A stretch of DNA of 64,000 nucleotides from Camelus ferus (Eukaryota), in NCBI RefSeq assembly GCF_009834535.1, contig NC_045696.1, positions 79,548,001 through 79,612,000 of the forward strand. Reading direction: 5' to 3'. The notes beneath the pieces were generated by a model. The model did no database searches, had not been told where the DNA came from, and saw nothing but the letters and a program-made list of their open reading frames with translations. A program made the translations under genes and the position numbers. Below, in pieces: positions 10,457-22,600 of this stretch (position 1 is the first letter of the stretch; each line of letters opens with the position of its first letter).

Positions 10457-11694
10457 AATCATAAAACTCCTAGATGAGAACATAGGCAAAACATTACCTG
10501 ATATAAACCATGGCAATATTTTCTTAGGTCAGTGTCCCAAGGAAAAAGAAATAAAAGCAAAAATAAACAAATAGAACCTAATCAAACTTAGAAGCTTTTG
10601 CACAGCAAAGGAAATTATAAACAAAAGAAAAAGACAATCTACAGAATGGAAGAAAATATTTGCAAACGATGCTACTGACAAGAGCTTAATTTTTAAAATA
10701 TACAGACAGTTCATACAACTCAATATCATGAAAACAAACAATCCAATCAAAAAAATGGGCAGAAGGCCTAAACAGATACTTCTCCAAAGAAGACATGCAG
10801 ATGACCATCAGGCAGACGAAAACATGCTCAATATCACTAATTATTAGAGAAATGCAAATCAAACCACAATGCAGTATCACCTAACACTGGTCAGAATAAC
10901 CATCATCAAAAAGTCTACAAATAATAAATGCTGGAGAGGGTGTGAAGAAAAGGAAATCCTCCCAAACTGTTGGTGGAAATGTAAACTGGTGCAGCCGCTA
11001 TAGAAAACAGTATTTAGGCTTTTCAAACACTAAAAATAGAGCTACCATATGGCCTAGCAATTCCACTGCTGGGTATATATCTGAAGAAGATGAAAACATT
11101 AATTTGGAAAAATACATGCACCCCAATGTTCCTAGCAACAATACTCACAACTGTCAAGATATTGAAGCAACCCAAGTGTCCATCAACTAATAAATGGATA
11201 ACAAACATGTGCACGGACTACTATTCAGCCATGACAAAGAATGAAATATTGCCATTTGCAGCAACATGGATGGACCTAGAGATGATCATACTAAGCGAAG
11301 TAAGTCAGGCAAAGACAAATACTATGCAATATCACTTACATGTAAAATTTTAAAAATAGTACAAATGAACTTATTTATAAAGCAGAAAAAGACTCACAGA
11401 CATAGAAAACAAATTTATGATTACCAAAGAGGAAGAGAAGAGGAGGGGTAAATTAGGAGTATGGGATTCACAGATACACATTACCATATATAAAATAGAT
11501 TAAAAAAACAAGGATTTACTGTATAGCACAGGGAACCGCATTCAGTATCTTGTAATAACCTATAATGGAAAAGAATCGGAAAATATGTTTATCAGACAAC
11601 CTAGAGATGAAGGTTGCTATATCACTTTGCTGTATACTCTGCTGTACACCTGTAATTAACACAATATCACAAACCAAATATACTTCAATAAAAA
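10457..11694 (+). mobile_element. 5'-truncated L1 (ORF2 C-terminus remnant plus 3' UTR)
   Basis: Frame fragments resemble ORF2 (e.g. 'TCTPMF...KQPKCPSTNKWI...EILPFAATWMDLE'); 3' UTR ends 'tacttcaataaaaa'; only a short flank match 'ttgtcta' as possible TSD. Confidence 0.95.
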
Positions 11695-11769
11695 TTAATT
11701 TGTCTATTTATTTTCATCTCCTTATTTGTAACTGTTATCTTCCATTACTTCCTTAAACTATTATCTTAA

Positions 11770-11860
11770 TTTTCCCCCTTAATGGAGGCACTGGGAATTG
11801 AACCCACGACCTGGTGCGCACTGAGCACGCGTTCTATCACTGAGCTATGCCCCCTACACT
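11770..11860 (-). mobile_element. tRNA-derived SINE (camelid Vic-1-like), short form
   Basis: Minus strand has A box 'tagctcagtgatag' and B box 'gggttcaattccc'; flanked by near-identical 11-bp TSD ct[a/g]ttatctta (11758-11768, 11861-11871). Confidence 0.85.
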
Positions 11861-13109
11861 CTGTTATCTTATTTCTAGTCTCATGTTTACTGACACAAGT
11901 TCTAGCTTTCACACCAACAATTCACAGGCCCCAAATGACTTTCTCATTAACAAACACAATATTCTTTTCCTCTCTTAATTCCACCTCCTCTACAACATTT
12001 TATAGTGTTGATGGCATATTCTTTCCTGAAAATTCTTTATCACTAGAACTTTAAGGCACTTGTATATTGTAACTGCATGTTCTACCATATTTTACTTTGG
12101 TCATTTTTACCTTGTCCTTTTCTTCATCTTTTAGTCTAACATGGGATTTGTACAATGTTTAGCAGTCATCTCTTTAGGCTTATTTCTTTGTGATTTCCAC
12201 TCTAAAGAAGTATGGTTTCATTTCTCACCTCTAAAACATTTATAAAACATTCACTTTTATAAATCCCCCCTTGTTCCTTCCCTAAGCTCAGTCAGAGATT
12301 TCTAACTGCCTACTTCGGCATTTCCATTTGAAAGTCTAGCCTTCACATCAAATTGGACTAAAACTAAATGTACTATCCTGTGTTTCTGTATGCTAGGTTG
12401 GGCTCTTTCTCTTTTCCCTGATGCCCTGGTACATCTCATTTACTAGGATCTTTCCCGACACAAAGTTTCTGTAAGGTTCCTACAAGATGAGTTAGTTTTC
12501 CTGCAGTGCTCCTTCCTCCAAGTTCTCAGGAGTGAGTAAAACCAATTATTCATTTTTTTTTCCTTCAGCATTTAGTCTTCAAGGTTGGCTCAGTCTACAA
12601 AAGTCAGCATCCTCTGTGATGCTGTTTCAGTTCTCTGAGTTGCAGGACACTGCACCCTGCAAGCATGGCAGCAGGCCACTTAATTGAACAAAGCTTAATT
12701 GTGCACTGATAGCTTTGAAATTTTTAATTCCTCTGCAGAGAAACAACTAAGTATATTATCAGGAAATGGAATTATGAAGTGTTTCCAGATCAAGTTAAGC
12801 ATCTACAGGTGAATTAATACAGAATTGAGCTTCAGAAGCTTACCTTAGGAAAAGCTGAATGAAGTGTGTTCATTCTTTGAAACGTATTGATTTGTAAAAC
12901 CAGTATCCCACTGTCTAAGAAGGCAACCCAGAATTCAAAATAATTTTTAAAAAAAGTTGTAAAGATTAACGTATTATTTGAAGATTAACCTTTGTCATCA
13001 AGGTCTTCTGAATAATGTCGACATCTATACAATAATCATTTTGGTCCTTAACTCCTTCTGTATAGAATTTTAATTCATGCCATGGGAGGTGGTTTCAGGA
13101 CTAATACGC

Positions 13110-13352
13110 ATTTATGAAAGATAGTGTTAGGCAGTGAGAAATACTAGGGATTTGGGGTCAAGCTGTCGTCTGACTCTACCACTTAATTTCTGGAAGAATC
13201 TGGAGGATTCCTTAGTTTCTCTAAACTTCAGTTTACAATCTGTAAGACTGGAATAAGAAAGTTAATTTACAAAGTTCTTATGTGGATTAGAGATAATGTA
13301 CAGAACATGCCTCTCTATAGTAGAAGTTCAGTAAATGATATTTATTATTATT
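13110..13352 (+). mobile_element. MIR SINE
   Basis: 'ctctaccactta...cttcagtttacaatctgtaa...gattagagataatgta...tcagtaaatgatatttattatta'. Confidence 0.7.
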
Positions 13353-13407
13353 TATGAAGCTAGAGAGTATAAGCTTCATAAGTAATAATAAAAAATGTCC
13401 CTTATCT

Positions 13408-13578
13408 TTTTAAATTTTTAACATTTTCTTTATGCATATGTTTTATTTATTTATTTGGTGGGGGAAGGTACTTAGGTTTGTTTGCTTGTTTGTTTTTAGA
13501 AGAGGTACTGGGGATTGAACCCAGGACTTCAAACATGCTATGCATGTGCTCTAACACTTGAGCTATACCCTGCCCCCC
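13408..13578 (-). mobile_element. tRNA-derived SINE (camelid Vic-1-like) with 12-bp TSD
   Basis: Minus strand 'gggtatagctcaagtg...cctgggttcaatccccagtacctc' plus A-rich tail; exact TSD tgtcccttatct at 13396-13407 and 13579-13590. Confidence 0.92.
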
Positions 13579-13603
13579 TGTCCCTTATCTCTTAATGCCC
13601 AAA

Positions 13604-14073
13604 CAACAGTTCTCAAATTTCGGGTCTTCTGGACTTTTTTAGACTCTTAAAAATTATGAAGTACTCCAAAGAGTTTTTGTATATTCAATATAAACCTATG
13701 GATATTTACCATAATATAAATTAAATTTTGAAAAAACGCAAAATATATATTTACTGCTTCTTGTTTCAAAAACAATAATGAATGCATTACGTATCAATGT
13801 TAACAATGTATATTTTATGAAAGTAAAATATTGTCGAAATTAAAACTGTTCAGTGAGAAGTGAATCGTGGCATTAGTTTACACTTTTGCAAGTTTCTAAT
13901 GCAGGAGTTATCATAAGACAGCTAGGTTGTCACATCTGCTTCTGCATTCAATTTGTTGGGATATGTTGTTTTGCTTGATGTATTAGAAGAACACCTGTCC
14001 ACACACACATATGCAGTTGAAAGGATATCAGGAACTTTGAGGGATTCTCAGATTGCACTTTGAAAACAGCTTG
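13604..14073 (-). mobile_element. hAT-Charlie (Charlie1-like) internally deleted DNA transposon
   Basis: Degenerate terminal inverted repeats 'caacagttctcaaa' and 'tttgaaaacagcttg'; internal 'actcttaaaaattat...ccaaagag' and 'tctgcttctgcattcaat'. Confidence 0.75.
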
Positions 14074-17000
14074 CCTGAAGTTAGTCAACATAGTTTCTTG
14101 AAGGAAGTGAGTCATTAAGTCAATTCAATGATGATGAAGATGACAATGGTAATAATAATAACAACAACAATAATAAATGAACACTAAGAGGCAGAAAAGC
14201 TACAAAGAAACATGCTAGGCAATGTTAACACCTGTGGTGAAAGCTGAAATGTGTAACTGAATGTACCCAATGTAAAATACCGTGAGGGGAACAGGCCAGT
14301 AGGAGTCATAGATCTGTACTGAAGAGAACTAAGAAATGGAGATAAATTGGAGGGGTGGAAGGGTGGAGGAAACATGGGATGTGAAAACTTCTGAATGCAA
14401 CTGGTAATAAGTATACTTGGATTTATATTCTGTATTGATTTGTTTTCAAACTGTTTTGGATGAATAATGTTCCACTGATGTTTTCGAACAAGATGATTCT
14501 TAAAAGTGAAAGGGGAGTTTTAATTACTTGGAATAGTTAATATCGATGCTTGGAGGTACATAGGGAGACACAGATCACTTGCAGAAATTTTAGCACTCCT
14601 CAAGGATCTTGAGCCCATAGTTTGAGAACAACAGGTTTCTGCACAGAGCTAGAATTGAGCAAAGAAAATATCCCAGAGAGATCAAACAAGGTGGAGATTG
14701 TGCCTGTCTTATCTAAAACAATTTGGCATCGCCAGAGTTATAAACAGTCTTCACAGAAGACGTGAGGGATGATGGTAGATGTATGGATGCAGGAAGCTGA
14801 GAAAAGATGGATTTTGGATTTTTATTAGAATAGCTAGTTAGAAGACCTATTGTTGGAGTTAAAATAAACCACAGGAGAAAAAAAAACATATTTTCTTGAA
14901 TTTGCTTGGAAATACTAAGTCATCAACTCCTAAAAAAATCTGGAAAGGAAAAAATAATAAATGGCAATCACTGAAGTATAGGAAGGTATTAAAATGGTGA
15001 ATAATAACCACTGCACACAAAATAATTTGAAACAGAAAGAAAATGACAGTATAGAGAGCAGTAGAAGGCTGTTGCCTTAATCTGGGAGTTCAGTAACAGG
15101 GCTAAAGGTTAAAGTCACCCTGAAGACATAATTATCTAAGCTGGAGACTGGCTATGGAAAGACAAAAAATAGGGGAGGAAGCAGTAGAGGCAGGAAGAGG
15201 GACTTGGCAATACGAATTTAGAAGTGACCTTCTAGTAACTTTTCTAACAGAGCCTCAGTTTGCACATCTACATAATGGTCAGGATAATAGAATCTTGAGC
15301 ATTTGAGAATTAAATGATGTGGTCCATGTAAAACTCAGTGCAATGCCCAACGAATGCAAAAGCTCAAAAATAAAAATAGAAATAAATGAGGTGAGAAGAA
15401 CAAGTGTACTCAGGAGTCTCTATTTTCCCAAGAGGACTGGGTAACCATATGGCTGGCTAGTGTATAAAATTCCCCAAGTGCTACTAAAAGCTCTAACTGA
15501 ATTTGGTACTTTACCACCCTTTTAATTCAGAATCAAGGATTTCAGCCATGCATAGACAGTTCAATCTGTTTGATTGATTTCCTTACATCAAAGCTCATAT
15601 AGGTTTTAATTGCTTGGAGTTGACTGGGAGATGTATCTGACTTGCTTGTAATGGACCTCTCTGGCACTCAATTATTTCTAGAGTAAATTCCTGTCTCTTC
15701 ATACTCCTGTCTTTCTCTCTGATTGTCCTCATGTTTGATACTATCTAGATGTCTCTGCGGAAACAGCCTAAGTCCCTTTCAAACCCAACTGAGTAAGATT
15801 GCACAATGGACAGAACTGTGCTTTAGGTCTGGAAAGATAATTCCTAGATGGTTTCTTACATTGTGGGAACATCAGAGTCACCTGGGACCAAGGCCTATTC
15901 CCAAAGACAATTTATTCCTAAAAACCTCTCTTTTCTTGTCATATAGACACCAAAAAACTGATTATAACCAAATTAAAATGTCTTTATCCTTTGTAGATCC
16001 AACTTTTGTCTGGGCCAGGGAAACAGAAATTCCGCAATATAGACTACATCTAACTTCTGGCAAACAGTACAAATGCAAAGAAACCAATCAATTGCTGAAC
16101 TCTACTGACTGGTATTTCTATCCTTACTAGTTCCCAAGAAAGATCAATAAAACATACCTTGAGTTCTTGAGCTCTGAGGTAATATTTGAGTCACAACATC
16201 CAACATTTTAATAGTTGAATCGTAGCTAGTTGAACTATTACAGGAGGAAAGAGTGCCAGTATTTGGGGGAAAAAAAAATAGTCAAGGTTTACAATTTTCT
16301 GGAAGCCATGCTGGTTGTCTTGGTTATGAAACATGTTGGCTTTTTAAATTTAATACTGTTTCTTTCTATCTTTTGGCCTGCTTTCAGCTACTCTAGAAGT
16401 ATTTTACAAATAACTAAGAATACCTAGTTACACTATTGTAAGTCCAAAGGGACACATAAAAACTCCTACATGATTTAGAAAATTACATATTCCACCTCTG
16501 AAATTTGCCATCAACTCTTATTACCACAGTGTCTAGCCTACGTTCGTAGCTCTCTAAATAGGTGTTAATATGTTAATCAATAAATATTGATTTTTAAAAT
16601 TGCTATGTAGGGTATATATCTAAGAATTCTCATTACAAAATATAATTTGGCATTGCCAGTTTTCATCCACATATGCTAGAAAAATAATTGCATCTCATAT
16701 AATATTTTTATTTTAAATAAAAGCTAAAAAATTCCCAATAACCCTGGATAACAACTTTATAAATAAGGTCCCTGATTATAATTTCTTTTTTAAATAAGCT
16801 AAAGATCTGTATATGATACTCTTACAAAAAGTGCTATTACAGTGTTTAACTCCAAATTATTTAAGACTTACCTCTCACTCAAACCTATTATAAGGACTCT
16901 CTTGGAACAGGTCTGTTTATGGCTTAACATTATAGGATATAATTATCATAAATAAAGTTATGGTAATAGTTTTAATTTTTTTCTATAAGTGCAATCAGAT

Positions 17001-17399
17001 ATTAATTTCTTCAGATTATTTCAGTTATTAGGAAATAATGTGAGCACAGAAAAGTTTGCCATAATTTCTCATGATCTTATTTTCAACAAGAAATGAAATA
17101 ATATCTCATTTATCTGGATGCCACCTCTTTTTCAATCTCTGCATACCTTAACAAACTTAAGAACCAGAAAATTAGCATGTAAGGCTTCTGAGTAACCAAA
17201 GAAATGTCACAGAGTTTGTGCATTGGTTACACGGGAATTGTTAGTCATTCTTGTCAAGCCTGTTTGCTATGATATTCACACACCCACATGCGTGTACACA
17301 CACACTCACCTGAAAGGACTTGGGAATGTGTTCAATCCCCAGCAAAGTGGAAACAGAAAATCAGAATTGTGAGTGTAGCTAATTGACAAGACACGTTAA

Positions 17400-18010
17400 A
17401 ATCCATCTATCCACCAATTAAACAACTGTATTTTAACTGAGGTAAGCAATGAGCTTACCTCATTAAGAATAAGATGTTGAACAAAACAGATAACCGCAAT
17501 AAGATGAGTTTAGTCTAATAGACATTCGTTGGTAATCTAATCAATATAGAAACTGATGAGTGCAACAAAGGAAAAGTATAGGAAACTGTAAGACTGAAAG
17601 TGGAGGGCAGCACAAGGCAGGTCAGGTGGAGGGAATCAGGAAATACTTCCCTGATGAAGTGACTTTTGAACTGAAATTGGAAGACAGACAGGCATAAACT
17701 AGATAAAGGGATTGGGAGAACTCCAGGGGAAAAGCCTGAACAGCATGTAGGAAAGCCCTAAGGCACAGGGTCACGGTTCAAGTGTCTGAAAGGAGATCTG
17801 TGCAGCTGAAGGGCAGATACCATCGGGCGGTGTGCTCTCTGGCAGAGTTAGAATAGCAGGGGAATCTAGCCATAAAACACACATGAACTGGTAGGCTAGG
17901 GTAGGCATTTGGGTTTATCCTAAGAACAATGGGAAGCCACTGAGAAGACGCAGACAAATGAGAAAGAAATATAGAAGAGCATGATGTTTGTGAATTCAAA
18001 GGAAGAAGCT
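17400..18010 (-). mobile_element. L2 fragment
   Basis: 'gggaatcaggaaatacttccctgatgaagtgacttttgaactga' and 'tttatcctaagaacaatgggaagccactga' are typical reverse-L2 motifs. Confidence 0.75.
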
Positions 18011-18129
18011 TTTTGCTTGGTTTTTTTTTTTTTTTTTTCCAAAAAGGAGGGAGACCACATGAAGTAAAAACCAAAAACCACAATGGAGCTGCTATCACTA
18101 ATCAATGTGAAAACTCTTTTGGAGAAGGA

Positions 18130-18580
18130 TCTGTTGGAAGCAACACTGAAGTAATGTGGCAGAGAGCATTCTGCTGCCCACCCAGTGGTCATTGCCTCTT
18201 CTTTCTGTCTCCCACCACTGAGGCTAAAGATGCCTCCCTTGTAGCCAGAAAATGTATTCCAGTATTGGCCAGTGAAATCTAAGTGACCTCTGCTGGTGGC
18301 TTCTCGAAAGGTTTTTCTTCCATGAAATGTGAAACATTGAGATAGATAAAAACATGTCCTATGTGAGGACACTTCCTTACAACTGCTGCAGCTAGCTGCC
18401 TTGTAACCATGAGGGGAATGACAAGACCCTAGAGCATCAACACTGTTTGTTGAATTAAACATGCATAAAAATGTCTAAACATGGTTAGAAATCTCCTGAC
18501 ACAGAAACATAAATCCTCATTTTTAAGTCACTTTTAGCTGGGCATCTAGCAACTCACTTCCAAAAGAATCACAACTCAGT
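18130..18580 (+). mobile_element. Old MaLR LTR (MLT1J/K-like)
   Basis: 'ccagtattggccagtgaaatctaagtg' and 'gctgccttgtaaccatgagg...tttaagtcact'; boundaries approximate. Confidence 0.55.
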
Positions 18581-18889
18581 TTAAGTGGATTAAGAACTGT
18601 CTGGGTGATAAAGAATTGGAAAGAGAGAGTTTAGACTGCTCTTAGAAATGACTGAAATACTGAGGCGTGGTGAAGTTGCTGGATCTGGAGTTTGGGGAGA
18701 GATATGTGTTTTTTGGTTCTGTTTGCTTATTGTCTTTAAGAGACAAAAGATCTGAACATGCTTAAGGGATAATTGGAAGGATCGAACACAAAGGAGAAGA
18801 CAAATGATACAGAGGAAAAAAGAATCAACTTTAGCAAAAGCTTCCTGAAACTGAAAGGAGATGGTATGTACAGCTCCACGGGACACCGG

Positions 18890-19594
18890 ATATCACTCCT
18901 TTCCTAAAACATTTTCTTTTTTGGACATTCATGTCATAAACATTCCTGGTCTCCCTCCTACTTCACTGTCAGCTTATTCTCACTCTCCTATGCTGTCTGT
19001 ACCTTTTTTAGATTTCTCAATATGAGGCAGAGCCAGGGGCTCAATCCTTAGTCCTCTTCTTTAACTGTACTTTTCACAGCTTTAAGTACCATCCATACGA
19101 TGATGACTTTTAAATGTATATTTCAGGTCTTCATTCACCACTGACTGCTAGACTATCTCCCTAATATAGTATGTCTACTTGTTTGCCTCCGAGACATCTA
19201 TTTTGATTCTGCAATTCCCACATTTCACTCCCTCCACTCTTGCCATTCCCCAGCTGCCCAAACACGAATGAAAAATACAGACAGTTCTTCTATTTCCAGG
19301 CTTTCATTCTTGGTAAATGCCAATCTCATCTACTTAGTTGCTTAAGCCAAAGACCTGGAATCATCCTTGATTCCTCTTTTTCATCATCCCCAACTCTTCC
19401 CATATTCAATCAATCATAAAGCCTTATTGGCTTTACTTCCCATGTAACCGGATTCAGTCCACATATCTCTCATTACTTCCACATTAGTTCAAGCCACCAT
19501 CATCTCTCACAAGACCGCTGTGACAACTTTCCTACCACTAGGTCTGCCTGCCCACAATTCAGTCTCCAGGTAGCATTCAAAGTTGTCTTTTATC
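18890..19594 (+). mobile_element. L2 fragment, interrupted by L1 and continuing at about 21041-21370
   Basis: 'ccaggggctcaatcctt', 'agccaaagacctggaatcatccttgattcctc' and 'gttcaagccaccatcatctctcac'. Confidence 0.8.
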
Positions 19595-21023
19595 CAGTCT
19601 CTTCAGCAAGTGGTGTTTGGGAAAGCTGGACGGCTGCATGTAAATCAGCGAAGTTAGAACACTCTTACAACATATGCAGAAATAAACTCAGAATGGCTTC
19701 AAGACTTAAACAGAAAAGACAAGACACTATAAACCTCCTGGAAGAAAACATAGGCAAAATATTCTCTGATAAATCTTAGCAATATTCTCCTAGGGCAGTC
19801 TACCCAGGCAATAGAAAAAAAAGCAAAAATAAACAAATGGGATCCAATTAAACTTATAAGCTTTTGCACAGCAAAGGAACCTATAAACAAAACAAATGAC
19901 AACCTACGGAATGGGAGAAAATATCTGCAAATGATGCAACTGACAAAGGCTTAATTTCCAGAATATATAAACAGCTCACACAAATTAATAACAACAACAA
20001 TAAACAAAAACAAAACAACACAATCTAAAAATGATAAGACCTAAACAAACAATTCTCCAATGAAGACATACAAATGGCCAATAGGCACATGATAAATGCT
20101 CAATATTGCTAATTATCAGAGAAATGTAAATCAAAACTATAATGAGGTCATCACCTCACACCAGTCAGAATGGCCATCATTCAAAAGTCCACGAACGATA
20201 AATGCTGGAGAGGGTGTGGAGAAGAGGGAGCCCTCCTACACTGCTGGTAGGAATGCAGTTTGGTGCAGCTGTTATGGAAAAAAGTATGGAGATTCCTCAA
20301 AAGATTAAAAATAGACTTCATATGATCCAGCAATCCCACTCACAATCCCACTCACTACACACACAATGCATAGAATATATCTGGAGGGAATTCTAACCTA
20401 AAAAGATACATGCACCCCAATGTTCACAGCAGCACTATTTACAATAGCCAAGACATGGAAACAACCTAAATGTCCATCAACAGATAACTGGATAAAGAAG
20501 TTGTGGTGTATGTGTGTGTGTGTGTATATATATATATATGTATATATACTACTCAGACATAAAAAATAAGATAATGTCATTTGCTGCAACATGGATGGAA
20601 CTGGAGGTTGTCATTCTAAGTGAAGTAAGCCTGAAAGAGAAGGAAAACTACCATATGATATCACCTATATGTGGAATATTAAAAAAAGACACAAATGAAT
20701 TTATTTATAAAACAGAAACAGAATCACAGATATAGAAAACAAACTTACGGTTACCAGTGGGGGAAGAGGGTGGGAGGGGATAAATTGGGAGTGCGAGATT
20801 TGCAGATACGAACTACTATATATAAAACAGACAAACAACAAGTTCATACTGTATAGCACAGGGAACTATATTCAATATCTTGTAGGTAACCTATAATGAA
20901 AAAGAATATGAAAAGGAAGATACATATATGTATGACTGAAATATTACTCTATACACCAGAAAACTGGCACAACATTGTAAACTGACTATACTTCAATTAA
21001 AAAAAAAATAAAATAAAATACCA
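19595..21023 (+). mobile_element. 5'-truncated L1 with 17-bp TSD
   Basis: ORF2-like fragments ('[16 protein letters not shown]', 'IMSFAATWMELE'), 3' UTR and A-rich tail; exact TSD caaagttgtcttttatc at 19578-19594 and 21024-21040. Confidence 0.97.
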
Positions 21024-21639
21024 CAAAGTTGTCTTTTATCAATATAGACCAGATCAAGCCACTTCATCATTTAAAATCTCAGGGCCTTCCTATTACATTT
21101 AAAATAGAATTCAAACTCCTTCACATGACTTATAAGAACCTAGATAACCTGGCCCTGTCTGTCTCTTCAGTTGTGTCTCTCCCTCATTTATTTTATTCAA
21201 ACCACACTCATCCCTCCACTTTGTGAACATAGCCTCCGTGAATACCAGCCTCTCCAAAATCTGCACAACCAATGCAGCAAGCCTACTTCAGAGCACTGAC
21301 GCCTACTTCTCTCTCTTTCTGGTACTATTTCTCCTGATCTCTGAACAGCTTGACTTCTCAGCTCAAATATAGTTTATGACAATGACAATGATATCCCAAT
21401 GCATATGCATATCAAATCATAATAATAAAACAAATAACAAAATATGACAATTTTGAAATGGCATAAATTTAACTGGGTTTGAAGATTATAGGCACTTTCT
21501 ATACATTTTTTGCAGATTTTCTAATTTAAAAAGTTGAAAAGTAAAACCTGAATTATTTCTTTAAAAAATAAAATTTGTCGATTTTAAAATGGCAAAATAA
21601 TAATAATGATGGCAATGATGATGACAATGATGATGACAG

Positions 21640-22110
21640 CTGATTGTCTACTGTCTTCCCCAAATTATTCTCGACCCTTCTCTCCCTTGCTCTGTGTCTT
21701 ATAAGGATGACCTCCAATGATGGCGCATCTAAACTCTCTTGTCCCTGAATTCTAGGTGGATGCCCTGATAGTGAACATTGCCGGGAGACTGAAGAGTAGG
21801 AAGAGAGAGATCAGGATATTACCATTTTCTTTTCAAGCCACTCTTCAAACAGTGGCTGAGCTTCTCCATCATGTCAGCTCTTGTTAGGGGGAAATTTCTA
21901 CCATAGTTACTGCTCCTTCCTACAAGCTCTGGTAAATAACATCATTCCTTCTCTTTGTCCCTTTGGGCTTAAAGGGAATAATGGCTTCCCACCTGGGTGA
22001 TATGCCATATCCTGCTAGTTCCCTTAGCTACGTCCATGCCTCTATAAATACCTACTTCATTAAACTCTCCTCAGTTGAACTCTTTTGAGTGCTAATTGAT
22101 CTTTGACAGC
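21640..22110 (+). mobile_element. ERVL-class solo LTR (LTR33-like)
   Basis: 'cccttctctcccttgctctgtg', 'gaagagagagatcaggatattta', 'aatggcttccca' and 'cttcattaaactctcctcagtt'. Confidence 0.7.
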
Positions 22111-22119
22111 TCCAATAGC

Positions 22120-22340
22120 TGTGATCATTGAACAGTTCCTATAATCCAGGCACTATTCTAAACTCATTGCATATATTTAATCTTCACAATAACCTTATTA
22201 TAAAGGTCTTGTTAAGGCTCCAACTTTACAAATGAGGAAATTGAGGAACAGAGTTTAAGTAACTTGCTCAAGGTTTCCCAGCCAGTAAGTGGTGGAATTT
22301 GGATCTCAGTCTATATTCTTAACCACCACGCTATACTGCT
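22120..22340 (-). mobile_element. MIR SINE
   Basis: 'ccaggcactattcta...tttaatcttcacaataacc...tttacaaatgaggaaattgagg...ttaagtaacttgctcaagg'. Confidence 0.85.
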
Positions 22341-22344
22341 TCCC

Positions 22345-22600
22345 AAGAAGCACCTTTCCTTGCCACTCTAGTAAGTGCTGCCTTCTCCCATACCTCCTCT
22401 ATTGTTTTCCTAGAACTTACCACTTTTTAATTGTGATTTACATTTAATTTATATAGGAGTCTTCTCTCTGTCTCTACTATAGAATGATAACTCCATGAGA
22501 CCAGGAGACTAGTTTAGCTTGTTCATATCTACACACACAATGCATAGAATAAAGTTTATATATTGTAAGTTTTCAACAAAAATATGAGTTTCATTTTAAT
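22345..22600 (+). mobile_element. L2 3' end fragment
   Basis: 'ctactatagaatgataactccatgagaccaggagact...ttgttca' follows the L2 terminus. Confidence 0.65.

Noticed and set aside
10529..11451. Several overlapping ORFs of 61-87 aa
   Set aside because: They are frameshifted L1 ORF2 C-terminal remnants and their antisense shadows, not host genes.
15723..16130. 135-aa plus-strand ORF
   Set aside because: Non-ATG start, no recognisable homology or splice context, and antisense to the inferred gene.
16865..16990. Strong minus-strand donor GAG|gtaagt near 16872
   Set aside because: No convincing upstream acceptor or polypyrimidine tract; isolated donors are common.
17778..18462. 180-aa and 106-aa minus-strand ORFs
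   Set aside because: They span MaLR and L2 remnants and a poly-T tract; no protein-like features.
19699..20735. ORF cluster within the second L1
   Set aside because: Disrupted L1 ORF2 fragments in a 5'-truncated, non-autonomous copy.
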